A program made the position numbers and the translations under genes. This document shows positions 24,611 through 39,744 of a DNA stretch of 64,000 bases, piece by piece. Under the pieces are notes generated by a model. The model worked only from the letters and a program-made list of their open reading frames with translations. It was not told where the DNA came from and did no database searches. This DNA is from the human T2T-CHM13v2.0 reference genome, Homo sapiens: the NCBI RefSeq assembly GCF_009914755.1, contig NC_060925.1. The stretch is one strand, 5' to 3'. How positions within the stretch are numbered: position 1 is the stretch's first letter; the number at the start of each line of letters is the position of its first letter.

Positions 24611-25887
24611 TACATAGGACTTGAAAATTGAAGGTGCTTTGAGGGTGTTAAGTCTCTTTCAGTCTGTCAGTCTTTCTGTCCCTTGGCAAAAGCCCTTCCC
24701 CAGAAAGAGGCCCATCTGCCCATGCCAGATGTCCTGGGCAGTGACATTGTATGCTACCCTCACTGTCTCCATACTGTCCCCAGCATGCAAGAAGGGTGGC
24801 ACACAGTGTTGTTGTTTTTTTCTATATAGACAAGCCCTCAGTTCTTCCTCGGAATTGTATGGCTTTATTAAGTTTTCTGCATCCTCCTAGGATTTCACAA
24901 GCTGTATCCATGATCTCCTTTGGAATTAGAATTCACTTGGGATTTAGTTGTCAAAAGAGAAAAACGATGAAGATAAAATTAATTTTAACCAGTGCTGTTT
25001 TTTTAATTTCATGAAAGAGCCTGTTAGGAAAGTTAAAAGTCAGCCAGAAAGAAAATAAAAATAGGCTGAGCTTAATTGATATGGTCCCATCTTTGCTGTC
25101 TGTATATTGTAACTTGCAAATTATTTGACTTTTTCCCAGAAACCAACTTACTTCAGATCTATTTTTTTTCCTTTTCACTGTATCAGCTGTTTTCCTCCTT
25201 TCCCCTTGTTTTCCCAATAGGCTGAACTTTGAAGTTCTGTTTCTCACGGAATGGTGAAGAGGTTGAGGCAAAAAGTGGCTTAATGAGATTTTTGTAACTT
25301 GCCATCAGTTTTCCTTCTGCTTGGCAAGGCAGCATGATGGATGGCTTTGGCAGTGTGAACACCTCTAGAAGTGATCAGATTGACTGAAGAGATGTGCAGG
25401 ATGTCAGCAGAATGCTGACCCTCAATTCATTACCCTCCCATTTGAAGGAAAAAAAAAAGAGAGAGAGAAAAGAGGAAAACAACCACAAAAGCCTTGGCGT
25501 AGTTGTTGATTACACACACTTGGGAAGGGGTAATGGGTCGCGTCAGGACTGGTGTTAGGTTAAACCTAATTTTGTACCTTTTCCCCAAGGGTCTGAAGGG
25601 GGAAATAAATAAATAGGCACCATAAATTAATTCACAAATTGTTCTAAATGGGGACCTGTTGCTGTGACCTGTTGCCGTTATGAAGAAATAATACAAATTG
25701 TCCTGAAGGGATTCAAGATTCAAATTGAAAACACAATCTTGAAACACCGATTTTGAATTCTACTTCATATGCTTACAGGAAGGATATAAAGGGAAGTCGA
25801 TTTTTTTCTTCAATGTAATCCTTAAAGTAGGGGAAGGGGTTATTAGTTGATCTGATATCCCAAATGCCATTTTGCAGGTCCTATGCT

Positions 25888-25990
25888 AAAAAAAGAAAGA
25901 GAGAGAGAGAGAGAGAGGGAGGGAGGGAGGGAGGGAGAGAGAGAGAGAGACAGAGAGAAAGAGAGAAAAGAAAGGAAAGAAAGAAAGAAA

Positions 25991-26038
<48 letters not shown>

Positions 26039-26050
26039 AAAAGAAAAAGA
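25888..26050 (+). repeat. Compound polypurine tract (GA)n-(GGGA)n-(GA)n-(GAAA)n
   Basis: ~160 bp of purines with a single C (25951). Confidence 0.95.
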
Positions 26051-29000
26051 TCCTTTGCTATGGAACAGGCAGACAATAAAACTTTTCTCTTTCCATATGA
26101 ATCTATTTTAAGTCTTCACCAAGAATCTTTGGAGGATTTTGCAGGTGTGTGTCTATACATATTGTATGTGATGTGCAAGCTCTCTGGAAGAATTTGGTTG
26201 GTTTTTAGACTGTGTTTGTATGGGCAGAAATATATCTGTAAAAAGCGGGAGGGACTTGATTTTGGAGAAGGGATGGTATAGAAGATGTTTGTCCATATTT
26301 TAGCCTTGGAAAATCTCATGCCTATTAATGAAGGACAAAAAAGAAATGATTTACTGATTTGAGCAGGCAAATGAGAAGGTTGGATATTCTTAGGACCTTC
26401 TTGCTAGGTAGGTGTTTGTTTATTTAAAAGTTAAAAATTCATCCATATTTAGGTCAATACTTGAATCTCAGTTCCTTCTTTTTTTTAGATTTCTGGCTGA
26501 AGTTTTTCATGAGAAGAAAAAAGACTTGGAGCTTAGAACTGCTTTAGTAAGAACTATTAAACAGGTCTCCAGTCATTGAATTTTGGAGGCATGGGCTTGC
26601 AGTTGGTATAATCTTAACAGTATTCTTCCTGAACTATCCCATGTCCATTTCCCAAGAACAGAAGAACAAGTTCGCATTCTAGAACTTCAGCTGTTCTCAG
26701 CATAGTTCTGCTTGTAACAGATCTGTGACCATAGAGATCATCTTTCATGTTCACTCAGCCTTGTATAATTTTTGCCCTATGGTGTCAGTTTGATCTCTTT
26801 AATGTAATTAGGGCAGGTACTGTTAACTCTTTTTTATAGAAAATAAAGCTTAGCCACTTGACTAAGCTTGCACGTTTAGTAATATCAGAAGTCTTCGCTC
26901 CAGAGTGTTTGGGAATATGTCCAGCTCAGCCAAAGTTTACTTTTCTTGGGGGAAAAATAAGGTAATTTCTCTTCTATATCAAATTTTTCGTTGGAGAATC
27001 AACAAATATATATATATATATATATAGCATGTCTGTTGCATATAAACCATATTCTAGATGCATCCTGGAGCATCATAGTATTTAAAATATATTATAGTAA
27101 GCAAGGACAATGGCAAGCAGAATGATGTGGACAGTGTCTCAGCAGAGGAGGTACAATGTACAAAAGAGGGAGACATTAGTTCTTGTTGGGGGAAGGAGAC
27201 AAGCTTCATGGAGGAAATGCCATTTGAGTAGAGCCAGGGAAACTGGATAGATGGAAAAATTAGAAGAAAGGGGAATTCCACATGGAGAGAATCATATGAA
27301 TAAAGGCATAGAGATGGGAACTTACAAGGCCTACTTAAGAAACTGTAAGTAATCTGGTGTGAATGCAGCATATGTTGTGTAAAGATAAAGCTAGAAAGAG
27401 ATAGGTAAAAGCTATGATTTAGGAAGGTTCAGTTGTTTTGACTTGGTTTTGACTTTGAATTGGTAGCTATGGAATGTCTTAGGTCAGAGGACTGTCCTTT
27501 CTTAATTCTTTTTCAGGGTCAAGACCTGTCTTTATTAAGCCATTATTTCTCAGAAGTTGAAGTCACCCTAAAGATACTTCTAAATTAGACATTGGTTAGG
27601 GGAATCAGCATTAGAGCACTCTTCTGGTCATAATGTGATGTTATGATGATGATGCTCATTGGTGAAGTCACATTAAGGACTGCTTTTAGGGTTATAGTGG
27701 CAGAAAGCAGTAGGAGGAAAAATATCGACTTTACTTCAGATTGTAAAGAAGTGTGCTATTAGAGGAGTACACTGCATTCTCTCACCAACAGGTCTCCAGT
27801 GCTCATTTTGTGGGATAATGTGTGGCCAGAGAGAAGATGGTGGTGAGTGGGGAATATGCTTATTTTCTCCAGTATAAAAATGTACCCACTTCAAACTTGC
27901 AAGTACACGTACCAAAGCATGCTTGTCTTGACTGGTCATCTGTTAGCCCTGGAGGGCATAGATCATGTCAAATCCTCTCTTACTTCAATGTCTAATACAT
28001 AGTAAGTACTCAAAAAAAATGTTTATTGAATTAGGTTGTCATAATATGGCTTTTGTTGGGGGTTTTGTTTTTATCTCTGATTTTTAAAGAGACTGAACTA
28101 CAGAGTTAGACTTGTGGATCTTGGATCTGTCATCAACTTCTAGGAGCCTATTTAGCCCAACTAACATAACCTTTCTGACCTTCAGTCTCTTAATATGTAA
28201 AACAGAATGAATACAACTTCATGGCTTAATGGGAGGATCCATTGAATTGTATCCTTGATACACTCTATTGGACAGGATAATAATATTAGTAAGTTACTAG
28301 ATTCTAGTTTTACCTATGGATAGTTTATTGGGTCTCGACCGGCATTAAAAATTAAAACAATGGAATGATAGAATTGAATGAAATAGAAAAGAAAGTATCA
28401 TTGGGTGGTACTTATTAAGGGTTAGTATTATTTCATGAATCTTTGCTTCAGTTACCTATGTTATGAGTTGTGATATGAAGCTGTGGTGTTCCATATGGTG
28501 TTCAATATGTTCCTTACTTTTTTATTTTACTTTGTTGGGTCATGGTCAGAAAAGTTTGAGAAATACTGGTCTAGATAATAGTGAGCTCTGTATTATACAA
28601 AGGAAAAATAACAGTCAGCTTTTTTAGAACTATGCAATGCAAGATCTCTAGTATCTTCTGAGTTATTAAAGAAAGGATGACTTCTAGTTGTTTTAGATTT
28701 AATATGAAGCATCATATCCTACATCTTTGATAACTACTGATGTCTGCATGATATATGTTGGGGCTCTTTATTAACCAAAGTATTTATTAACTAGGAAACC
28801 TTATGCCTTGGTTGTGCTACATAGCAAAACCTGGAATGTAATAATAAAAGTGACAATAATCAGTAGTGAATGTGACCTAGAGGTGGGACTAGAAATAATA
28901 AGATTAGTTTTCATTTCTTGAGCTCTTGATATGAGTCAGACACTGTGCCTTACAAACACCATCCCTTTTAATCCTTAGAACAAACTTAAAAGGTAAATGT

Positions 29001-31581
29001 TAATTTCTCTATTTTATGGACAAGCTAACTGAGGTTTTGGTGGGTAAATTACAGCCAGTAATTGGTTGGGCCAGGATTTGATTTGAACCCAGATTTGTCT
29101 GACTCCAGAATAAAATTTCAAAAATTTATTCAGTTCCATGAAAATGTATTAAAGTGCCTACTATGTGTTAGCTCTGTACTCCTCTACAAAGATAAGTCAG
29201 TCTCTGTCCTTGAGGCTTTACTAGCTGCCCTTTGTATTTTACTATGTAAGAAGATGAATAAGGATTTATTTTATCACAGCAGGAGATAGGACAGGCACAT
29301 AGAGTACTGTATATTTTACTTCAGAAGTGTTAAGAAAAGTGCCTGACACACAGTAGGCATTCACTAAGGATTTATTACATTGAATTGAAGTTGGATTAAT
29401 TCTCCTCTAGGGATTAGGGAACCTTTGTACTAAAGAAACACTGTACATTTTTATATGTTTAGCTGTATATGCCTAGTGGCATGGGTATTCTTACCTGCAA
29501 TGTGGGCAGATCCATCTGTCCCAAATCCATTCAGTGCCTTTTGGAGCTCCTAAAACTGGCAGCACAGAAAAGCCAACAAGAGCTCAAGAACTCAAATTGT
29601 AAACTTCAAGTTTCATTCAGCCAGAGAGAACATTTTCCATCTTAGTGTGAAAAGCAAATCCCATGGCAGAGACATTTGGAGAATGATAAATGGAAGGTGG
29701 GCTTCCTTAGAATGGAAAATTGTTATTATCATTGTTAATGTTATTTTTACAATGCCATTTACTAGCTTTATAAATTCAAGCAAGTTATATTACCTCTCTA
29801 AGCCTCAGTTTCCACATTTTTAAAAGGATTAATACCACTCAGGATTGTTAGGATTAAATAGACCCATTTGATAAAAACTTACTGAGACTTACTATTTGGT
29901 AGTCTGTAAATATGTAGTAGTAAAGGAGACATGGCCCCCTGTCCTCAAAGAGCTGAATATCTGGTGAATGTGCTGTGAGAAGTGGGATTCAGACTCCCAC
30001 CACCTGCACAGGTCACTATTGATAGGATGCAGCACTCTACAGTCCTCCTTGGGGTATGTATATATTGTCATATACATGTCTCAATTGCATCATCAGAATT
30101 TCAAGTTTATTGAGGGTTAGTGAGCTCAAATATTCATCTGTTTATCTCCACCTACCCCTAAGTTTCATCCTTGCCTGTTGACACAATGTTACCTTATACA
30201 GTAGTTGCTAGATGAATCCAGCCCAATTCAGCAAATATTTACCAAGTGGCTCAGGGTACAGTGCTGGGAAAGGGAGGGTAACATTTGCTGAACAGAGTTG
30301 AATTTAAAACAACTTTAGAGCATAAAAGGGGAACAGTGTCATGAAGTGGTGATATACTACACTAGTGCTAAAAATACCTGTGATCTACTCAGGAAGAAAT
30401 TAGGGCTCTAAAGAAAATTCGGCAGTAAGCCTAAAAATAATGTATTTTTTCACTCTCCCAGTGCTGTTTTGTTTGTGTTTCATGGAGAAACAGTGTATTT
30501 GCTATAAGCACACAATTAAGATGAGATTTCAGAGATGGCTACTTAATTCATCTGTGGCTCAGGACCAAGTCTAGGTAGCTTCACAAAACCCAGGAGCCCC
30601 TCTGTGGCCAGACTCCTCTCCTTTCCAGCCTCCCATCTTGGGTCTCTTTGCCTTCTGTTCATGCTCCACTGTAGAACTGCACCACGGTGTTCCCTACTGT
30701 TGCTCACACAGATCCCTCGGTCTCCAACATCTTTCTGCTTTCTTCACCTGGCTTCATGAGACAAATAGGAGGCCTGTGTCACCCAGAAAGGCTTGCCTTA
30801 ACTCACTGTGGGTTGTAGCCATCTCTGTTAACACTGCCAGCATCATTCCATCATTGGTCTTCCACACTCCATAATCAAATGTTTATTTTTCTAGGTTTCA
30901 CCACTGCCTCAACAATCAGCACTGAGTTTATCTTTATGCTTGGCACCAAGTAGGTGCTCAGTAATTGATTGTTAACTGATGTAGTCAGATATTAATTAGG
31001 TGTTTCATAATGTGTTGCCATCAGGTGCCCCCTAGCTTATGAGTGGGATATTGGACCCAAATCCCCCTTGTTGTGAAGACTGGTTTTGACACAGCTATTG
31101 CTCACCAACCCCAGTTCTGTAACTTTGAGCTGAAGATCTTGAGTATATCTATTTACATTAAACTTTTTCCCTGATCACCATGACTCACCTGTAATTCCTC
31201 AGTAATTCTTCTTTCCTCTAGACTCCTTTATGTCACTTGCTGTCTGTACCACGCAGTTAACAATGACACATCACAATAATAGTGACCCTTTATGTAATGT
31301 GTGTGTCAGACTTTGCAGAAAGAACTTTACTTAGGTTATCTCATTAAATCTCACAACGATTCTAAGAAACAGATATTTTTATTCCCATTTTGAAGAAAGA
31401 GGACAACGTAGTTTAAGTAACTTGTACAAGGTTACATGGCTAGGAAAATATCAGACTGGGAATTTAAAACCTAGTTTGTTTCATTCCAAAGCCCATGTTC
31501 TGTCTCCTATTTTATCTTACTCATCCCTTAAAAGGTAGGAATTAATGAGAAACATTTAGCCTAGTGGTTATTAATAGGGAT

Positions 31582-31662
31582 ATTTTTGAGATAGGGTCTC
31601 ACTCTGTCACCCAGACTGCAGTGCAGTGGTGCAATCACAGCTCACTGCAGCTTCAACTTCCC
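31582..31662 (-). mobile_element. AluJ 3' fragment (~80 bp) interrupting a MIR (MIR continues 31665-31845)
   Basis: tttttgagatagggtctcactctgtcacccag...ctcactgcagc, then ctggattcaaatcctggct...catctgtaaa. Confidence 0.8.
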
Positions 31663-31992
31663 AAGGAAATAGAGACTTTTGATCAAGACTACCTGGATTC
31701 AAATCCTGGCTTTATCAGTTGTGACCTAGGGGAAATCATTTCCACTCCCTATGCCTCAACATTTTCATCTGTAAACTAGGGTTGTTGTGAGGATGTGATG
31801 GACCAATGAATATTAAGGATTTAAAACAGTTACTTGGCATATAAAGTGATAATGATCATCATCATTATTGTTATCATACAATATTAATTTGTGTCCCATT
31901 CTTCAAATTTTTGTTGAGTGCCTGCCAGACACTGTTCTAGGTAATGGTGATAGCAGTGACTAAGACAAGTCCTTGCCTTTATGGAGCTTTCA

Positions 31993-32280
<288 letters not shown>

Positions 32281-32834
32281 TTAGAGAGTTACACTAACGA
32301 GTCCTTGTTTGTGGCACACAGTGAGGCCACAATAGTTCAGCCAGTGCCTTGCTTCTGCTTGATGAGCTGGAACCGTCAATGCCCTACTCTGAAAGGCTGA
32401 GCTTCATATGTCCAACTACTAACTCTTGGAGACAGGCTTGCCTGACCTGCATGTGGTGTAAGGTGGTCATCTGTGGAATGATTGGACAATTGGACTGAGG
32501 TGTCTGAGCCTCAGGAAAACTTAAGATAGAGAACTCATAAAGAGGCCAGGGGTCCCAGCCTTTGAAGAGAGGTCCTATTCTGTGAAATGGGACAAATGTT
32601 CCAGGAGGGTCAGGAGGAGGATTTGGCCAATCATTCAACTAAGAACAGGGTCAGCCAGAATGTCTTCTCAATTAAGGCTTTTAAGATCTCCTGATGGCTC
32701 CTTGCAGGAGCCTGAACCTAGAAGGTGAGTTAGCCTTGGCATTATCATAGGATTCTACCTTTCCATGAGTGTTCTGCTGGTTAAGGGCATCTTAGGAGTC
32801 TGCAAAATGGGGTGTTTTTTTCCTTCACTTACTT

Positions 32835-32997
32835 GTAGTGGGGTCTTGGTAAAGTCATTAGCCTGTCTGAGCCTCAGTTTCCTTATCTGTAAAATTGGGC
32901 TAATAATACCTTCCTCCAAAGCTTGTTTAGAAGATGAACTAATTAACATGTGTAAAGAACCTGAATCGGGGCCCGGCACCTAGTAGGCATCTAATAA
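32835..32997 (+). mobile_element. MIR
   Basis: ctgagcctcagtttccttatctgtaaaattgggctaataatacct core. Confidence 0.75.
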
Positions 32998-35900
32998 AGG
33001 AAGATTTTTAAAATAAGTTCAGTCCCCCTAGGGTGTGCATTTTAGGTATTGGTAATTTATTTTGGGGCTCACAGGGAGAGAAGAGAAAAATGAGAGCTAC
33101 TTCCCATTCTATAACTTTCAAAAAAGTGAGCAGATAATCTCAAAACCAAAGATATGTCATCTCAGAAAGGACTGTGAAGAAAATAAAATTAGATTTGCTG
33201 TAAATCAGTATGATTGAGACTGGTCTCTGTCAAAGACTGTGTTGGCCCCATCCTCTTGGTGTCACAGGCTTTTAGAGGCCTGGGGCTCTGTGAAGAAAAG
33301 CACTTGGTTAAAATGGCTCTGGAGTCTTAAATCCTGAGTCCAATTCTTTCTAGTAATAAGTTAGAATATTTACTTTTTAGTGGGGGATGAAGGGGATGGA
33401 TGATTTGGTTATTTTCATATGTCAAAAATTTCAAGGAAGGACTCCTGTGCTAACTGGAATTATACATAAACCTAATTGATGCTCTGGTGAGAGCAACTGG
33501 AAAGCACTAGTTTTAGAATGTAGACATAAACCTTTATGTATTGTATCTCCTGTCTCCATTGTGTATACTGTTACATAAAATTAAAGATTAAAATTAAACT
33601 TTTAAATTTCACTGATTAAAATCAATTTACCTGATTAAAATTAAGATTGAAGAGAAAGAGAGAAAAAAGCACAGTTTATTCTCATCCCAAACCTCCTTTG
33701 TTTTCATTAGCAATGTGTAGACTTGAAATTACCTTAAAAACAAAACAAAACTCCCCCATGAAACACATTTAAGAATAAAAGAATGATTTTCCAAATATTT
33801 GTCAATGCACTTTTTGTACAGGGCACTGAATGAAACTTTAAATATTTTTTTCCTCTTATGGTTAGTGACATGTTAGTATTGTGATTCACTCAGAATTTAT
33901 TTGACCCCCTTGATCACTAGTTCACATTTGTTTTAATCTTGATGGCTACACTCATCTAAAATAAACAGAGCAGGAAGAGTAAGAGAACGCTTAAAAAAAA
34001 AGCATTTTAAAATAAAGAGTCACCCATTCCTCTTACGATTATCTCAGCATGCTGAGAAAGAAGCCTGATGGGTTGGAGATAAGGATGTCTCCTCCTATGT
34101 CCCCGTGTGCTCTGCCTCTAAACTCTCCTAGCACCCTGCACCTGCCTCTGATAGCTGATCCATTCAGTGGGCATTGGTTGAATTCCCCATGTACTGCCTG
34201 CTGGGAGTAAGAAGTCAACCAAAATTCAGGCCTTATTTTCAAGGCATTCCCTGTCAGTGGGGAGACAGGCAGGTAAAAAGCGACTCAATATAGGGTGGTA
34301 AGTACCAGGACAGAGGAGAGAGAGGAGTTGTCTGAAGCTATGTAGGTCAGGGAGGTGGACTCCAGGGAGTCTTGCAAAATGGCAGGGTAATTTAGATGGT
34401 GATGGCGAAAGCATTTCAGTGGACATATATGCAAAGACATGGAAGGGACATACTGCCAAAGGCATTCAGATTATGGTACTTGGCTCACTGCATCTGGAAC
34501 TTTGTTTTCAAATGTCTACTAACCTTCCAAGACTAAATTCCTAGAGGGCAGTGATCAAGTGCCATGGAACTCAGTTATCCAACAGTAATAGATTTAATCT
34601 TTGCCACATTCCTGTGAACCACATTTCTGTGAAGCCTATAACATTATCCTATTGATATGCCCCAAGTTACATTTGGAAAACCGAGACACAGAATGGTTAA
34701 GTGACTTGTCCAAGGTCACACAGCTAAACAGGAATTTAAACCTGGGCAGTCAAGCTCTAGTGACTGTTTTCTTAACTATTATGCTATGCAATTAGTATTT
34801 AATAAATGTTTGAATTGATGTTAATTGAATGGATGTAGAAGTGATTATGTGATAATTTATTTATTCACTTATTTAAAAGAAATAACATGCCAGGCGTGCC
34901 CAGATCTAATAGTTGTTGCAGGAAAATGTCAAGAGCCCCCATTGGCTTTGGCTTTGGCTTTGGCTTTGTGACTTACAGAAACTCTTAAAGGTAGAAATGT
35001 TCTGCAGGGCTGTGAACCTCAAGATGGTACTTCAGATTTCAGCCAAATTCAGACTCAACGTGGAAATAAAATATGAGTTTAGGCCTGAAACAGAGGAGAT
35101 CTAATTTCCTATGTGGAGATGAAGAAACAAAGGCTGTAAACATGGCCTTACTTGGAAAATGGAAGGCCCTAGGTTTTGAAAACAGCCTCTTGGGATAGTT
35201 TGAAGGAAGTTGAGTGAGACAACAATGATGAGGGCAATATAGCTTTAAAAGAATGAATTCACTCTTACTTTTGCATTGATTCTGAAGAGGAGAGATAAGC
35301 GAGGTTTATGGTGAGAGCAAAGTGGTGATGAACAGGCAAGGGAAGCAGATTTGGCTATAGAAAGCAGGTGAGGACCTAGAGAGTCATCCATTTATTCATT
35401 TATTCTACCAGCAAAATCATGAGCTCTGCGCTGTTCCCTGGGATTACAAATGAATCAAACACAGTCGCAGTCCTCAAGGAGCTCACAGTCCAGTGATAGA
35501 GAAAGATAGGAGGCTGGAGAGTTTCAATGCTATGTGGCACATGTCCGTAATGGAAATGTGTGTGAGAGACAAAGGTAAGAGCCATGATGGGGGATTGGAG
35601 AAGGGGCATGCTAGGTCTGATGGCAGAGAGAGGAGGGCTTTCCAGGCCAAGGGAGTGCTTATGTGCAGAGTGTGGCACAGGAGAGAACACAGTGTGTTCT
35701 GGTTTGTCATTGCTGGCTGCAGAAGCCTACAGAAGGCTGTGGCCTGGAATGTGCATTCCAGGGCTTATGGAACTTGTAGTGGGTAAAGAAGGAAGATGGG
35801 AGTCAGTGACCAGAAGATGTCAGTTCAGATCCAGGCTCTGCACCATGTGAATATTGGCTAGTTAGCTTTACCTTTCATTTGCTCCTTAACCCTTAGTTTG

Positions 35901-38454
35901 CTCACCTGTAAACTGCAAGTGATGGCAAGGGAAGACACCACCTATCTCTCAGGATCTTCAGGAAAATTAAGTGGGGTGGTGAGTGTGAACGTACTTACAA
36001 AATCCTCTGAGTCCAGCATGTAATTTAATTATTATAAATTATTATAAAAAATTATTTTATTATTTTGTAAGTGAGGGTTTTGTAAGGGCTTTGTAAGAGT
36101 CTCATTTCTTCAGGGGGAATGACACTTGCTCTGTTATCTCTACACTTCCCACCACACCTTTCTGACTGTGCCCTGGAAAAATCCTCTGGAAGTGCATTCT
36201 GTCAGTTTAGCTGCTTATTGGGGTATACAGTAAGAAAGGAGCAGTCCAAGTGGAGGATGGACCAAGAACAACCCTGCTCTTCCACCCTGAGTTTCCTTGT
36301 GGGGAGCCGGAAAAGCCCTCTGCTGTCAGTATGCAGAGTGCACTGTGGCAGTGATCTGAAATTTCCCAGGAAAACATGATGGTTTTCCTTGTAGGAAAGC
36401 AGAAACCCTAATGACTCTTATTAACATTTGAAGTACCTCACTTGGGCCATTCACAGTGGATGGCTTTTTGAAAGGGCAAAAGATACCAGAAATTGTGTTT
36501 GTAAGTGTCAAACATGCTACTTTCATTATTTCTTTTTTTAGAATCCACATAGCCCCTCCCCCTTTGCTATGTGTTTACTGGTTTGGCATTATTGTGAGAG
36601 CTTATTAGTGGATGTTTGTGGAGCATTGTGAAGATGAATAGCTATTGGCATAGGTGATGAGTAGTAATGTTTTTAAGTATACTTTTCTATTTCAGAAATT
36701 AAATTCCAAGGATAAATCTTACCAGCTCTTAGATTAGTCAACTTTGCCACCTGCAGCACATTTTAATGGGCACATATTTCAGAATGTTACCTTTTGGACA
36801 AGGAAAATGAACATGTACTGAGTGCTTACTGTGTACTGAGCTCTGAACCAGGTGCCTTCAGATTTGTTGTTTTTCTCACAGCAACCCTGCAAGACAGATA
36901 GAATTGTTCACATTTTTCAAATGAGTAAACTTAAATTGCACTGCAGAGAGTCTGAACTGGCTAAACCAAGGTCAAGGCTGGTGGTGGATTTCCAACCCAA
37001 GTCGGATCACCTCCAAATCTCATGCTTTTTCCATTATACCATGTAGAATTTTGAATTTTGAATTATGGTCTTTCCTGTAACACCCATTTATTGGGCAGTA
37101 TTTACTGACTAATAAACAGCAGATACACAGGCTAGTTGATTTTAATAGGGTTAGATAATTTACATTCTCTAAGATTACTAGGTTGCATTTCATAGTGATA
37201 GGAAAAGTCCTCAGACTTAGAGATTGAAGAAAGGGCACAAATTTGGTTTCAGCCTTGGGTTCAAGTTACAGTCCTAGTTAAGTGACAGTGGACTCTGCCT
37301 GAAGACTCATTACTCCATCATGTGTAGAGTGACAGCACTTCTACATCTGTAAATGAGAGGAATGACAATACCCACTTCTCAAAGTTGTGTGAGAATTAAG
37401 TGAAGTGATGTATGTAAAGACACCTCTCACCATTTCTTATTAGTACCATTGGAAGGACTTAATGATAATTACTTGCCTAAATATTTTCCTGTGTAACTCA
37501 AAGCACTTTTTAATCAGCATTATAACAGGATTTCCCTTTACTGAGTGTTTGTCATATTCCAGGCACTTTGTATGTACTTTTTCCATTACTACACTTATGA
37601 CATTAGACAGTAATTTCTTATTTACTTATTTATTTACTTCCTTGCAGGCAGGAACTCTTTCTCTCTCCTTCATATCTCTGGCATTCAACATAATGGTTTC
37701 TGGCCCATCGAAGGAACTCATTAATGTTAGGAAACTTAGCTTGGCTTTTGTTCCTTCTTTTGAGAGCTAACTTCAGTTTGGGGGAGGGGCTGCTCCAATG
37801 AAGTACTAAATTAACATCATTAAATTGTGTCTCATAACTTGCCCTCAAATATATACCTGTAACTAAAGAAATTTTAGATTGCTCTAATTGACAATGGATG
37901 ATTCTGAATATGTGTTAACATTTTACTTTTTAAAAAAGGTAAATTTCTGGGATAAAAAGAATATATTAAGAGTTGCAAGAGTTTACCAAACAAATTTTCT
38001 TTGTATCTGTGATTCAAAGGACAAGCTTACCCTACTCAGAAAAGTAATGTTTTAGTTTCAAAATACATGTATTATATCCATTTGATAAATATACATGATA
38101 ATATACATGTATCATATACTAAATATTCTTAGGGACATAGTAAATTAATTCTAAAAGGGTCTTATCTGAGAATTGTAGATTATGCAGCTTGAATTATAAT
38201 ACAAATGTAATTTTTGAAATTTTATCATGTCTTTTTTATAATTTAAAAGTTTTATTTTTGATTTTTAAAAATGCCAACTTGACTTTTGCCCAATTAGTGA
38301 GTGTGACCTTTCAAAAGCATATTTTGAAAAGGCAAAAGATTGTGAAGACAGAAATACTAACTTATTTATTCTCTTATAATCTAAAATTCTATTTTTATGT
38401 GGCAAATCATAAAAATACATACAGTAGGAGTTTTTTTAAAAAAATAGAACAATG

Positions 38455-38752
38455 GGCCGAGTGCGGTGACTCACACCTGTAATCCCAGCACTTTGGGAGG
38501 CCGAGGAGGGCTGATCACAAGGTCAAGACATTGAGACCATCCTAGCCAACATGGTGAAAACCTGTCTCTACTAAAAATACAAAAAAATTAGCTGGGCTTG
38601 GTGGCGCATGCCTGTAGTCCCAGTTACTCAGGAGGCTGAGGCAGGAGAATCACTTGAACCTAGGAGGCGGAGGTTTCAGTGAGCAGAGATCACAGCACTG
38701 CACTCCAGCCTGGGGACAGAGCAAGACTCTGTCTCAAAACAAACAAACAAAC
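38455..38752 (+). mobile_element. AluSc-like, (AAAC)n tail, 13-bp TSD
   Basis: gatcacaaggtcaaga...gagaccatcctagccaac. TSD aaatagaacaatg at 38442-38454 and 38753-38765. Confidence 0.93.
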
Positions 38753-39744
38753 AAATAGAACAATGAAGAAAGTGAAATTAAGGGAAACTAAGAGGATTTT
38801 AAAAAGATAAATTCAGAAGTAAAATTTATGTTTAAAAAAAAAAAAAAAACCAGAAGTTTGCAGTGAGGTCCCATGCTCTTTACACACAGAAAACTATAGA
38901 TTTGGCACCCATTTTCCTAATATTGAAAACAAAAGCAAACCCATCATGCAGAGGACAGAGAATATTAGTGGTTTAATGTCATAAAAAGTGCTTGCCTCAG
39001 AGCAGACGTAAGTATTCCGATACTTGTGATTTCTGGATTTTGTTTGTTTTTTTCCATTTCTACTTTGCTTGCTTCTTGTTCATGATATTTTTAATCGATA
39101 CGTATTAGAAGGATGTTCAAATGCAAGAAAGAGAGAGAGAAGCTTAAAAAGCGTGGTATGGAATGCCACTTGACAGTGTCATACATTCACAAGATGTCCT
39201 TGAAGATGGAGCACAGAACAGAGATCAGGGAAATTTTGTCAGCTGCAGTTGGGAAAATAAATGGCTGTTGTGTGATTGGGCAGATCCTGAAAGCAGACTC
39301 CTGCTCAAACCATGTAATTAACAAAAGTGGGAGCTTTTGTCCAAGTGCAAAATGTTCATAATATCAGAGTTTGTCAGCAGGAGCTTTTAGAACGGATCAG
39401 TACTTTTCACTCCCTGATCCAGGGAATGGTTTTCTTATAAATCATCTTCTCTCCTTGCTGTCCTCATGAAGGTTGCTGCCGGGCGATAGGCAGACTTAAG
39501 ATTGTAACCTTGCTAATTCACAGTGATTTAGGTGAAGGGGAGACTGAACCAGAGACTGTTTCTAGAAATGTGATTTTTATTCATTTGGGCTCCCATGAGT
39601 ACTCTAATGTAGGAACAAACAGAGTGTGTCCAAGGAGAGATCCTACAGGATAGCTCTGGGGAGGAGACAGAATCATTTTTAATACTGTGACTCCAAACTG
39701 GTTTGAAGGACTTGACATTTTCTTTCTTTTTTAAAAAACAACTT

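Noticed and set aside
25843-26281. K/E/R-rich and F/L/S-rich ORFs
   Set aside because: Translation of the (GA)n/(GAAA)n microsatellite.
28300-28570. Possible hAT-Charlie MER relics (also ~2200-2410)
   Set aside because: Only a terminal-like motif (aaaagtttgagaaatactg) is recognisable; family and limits cannot be supported.
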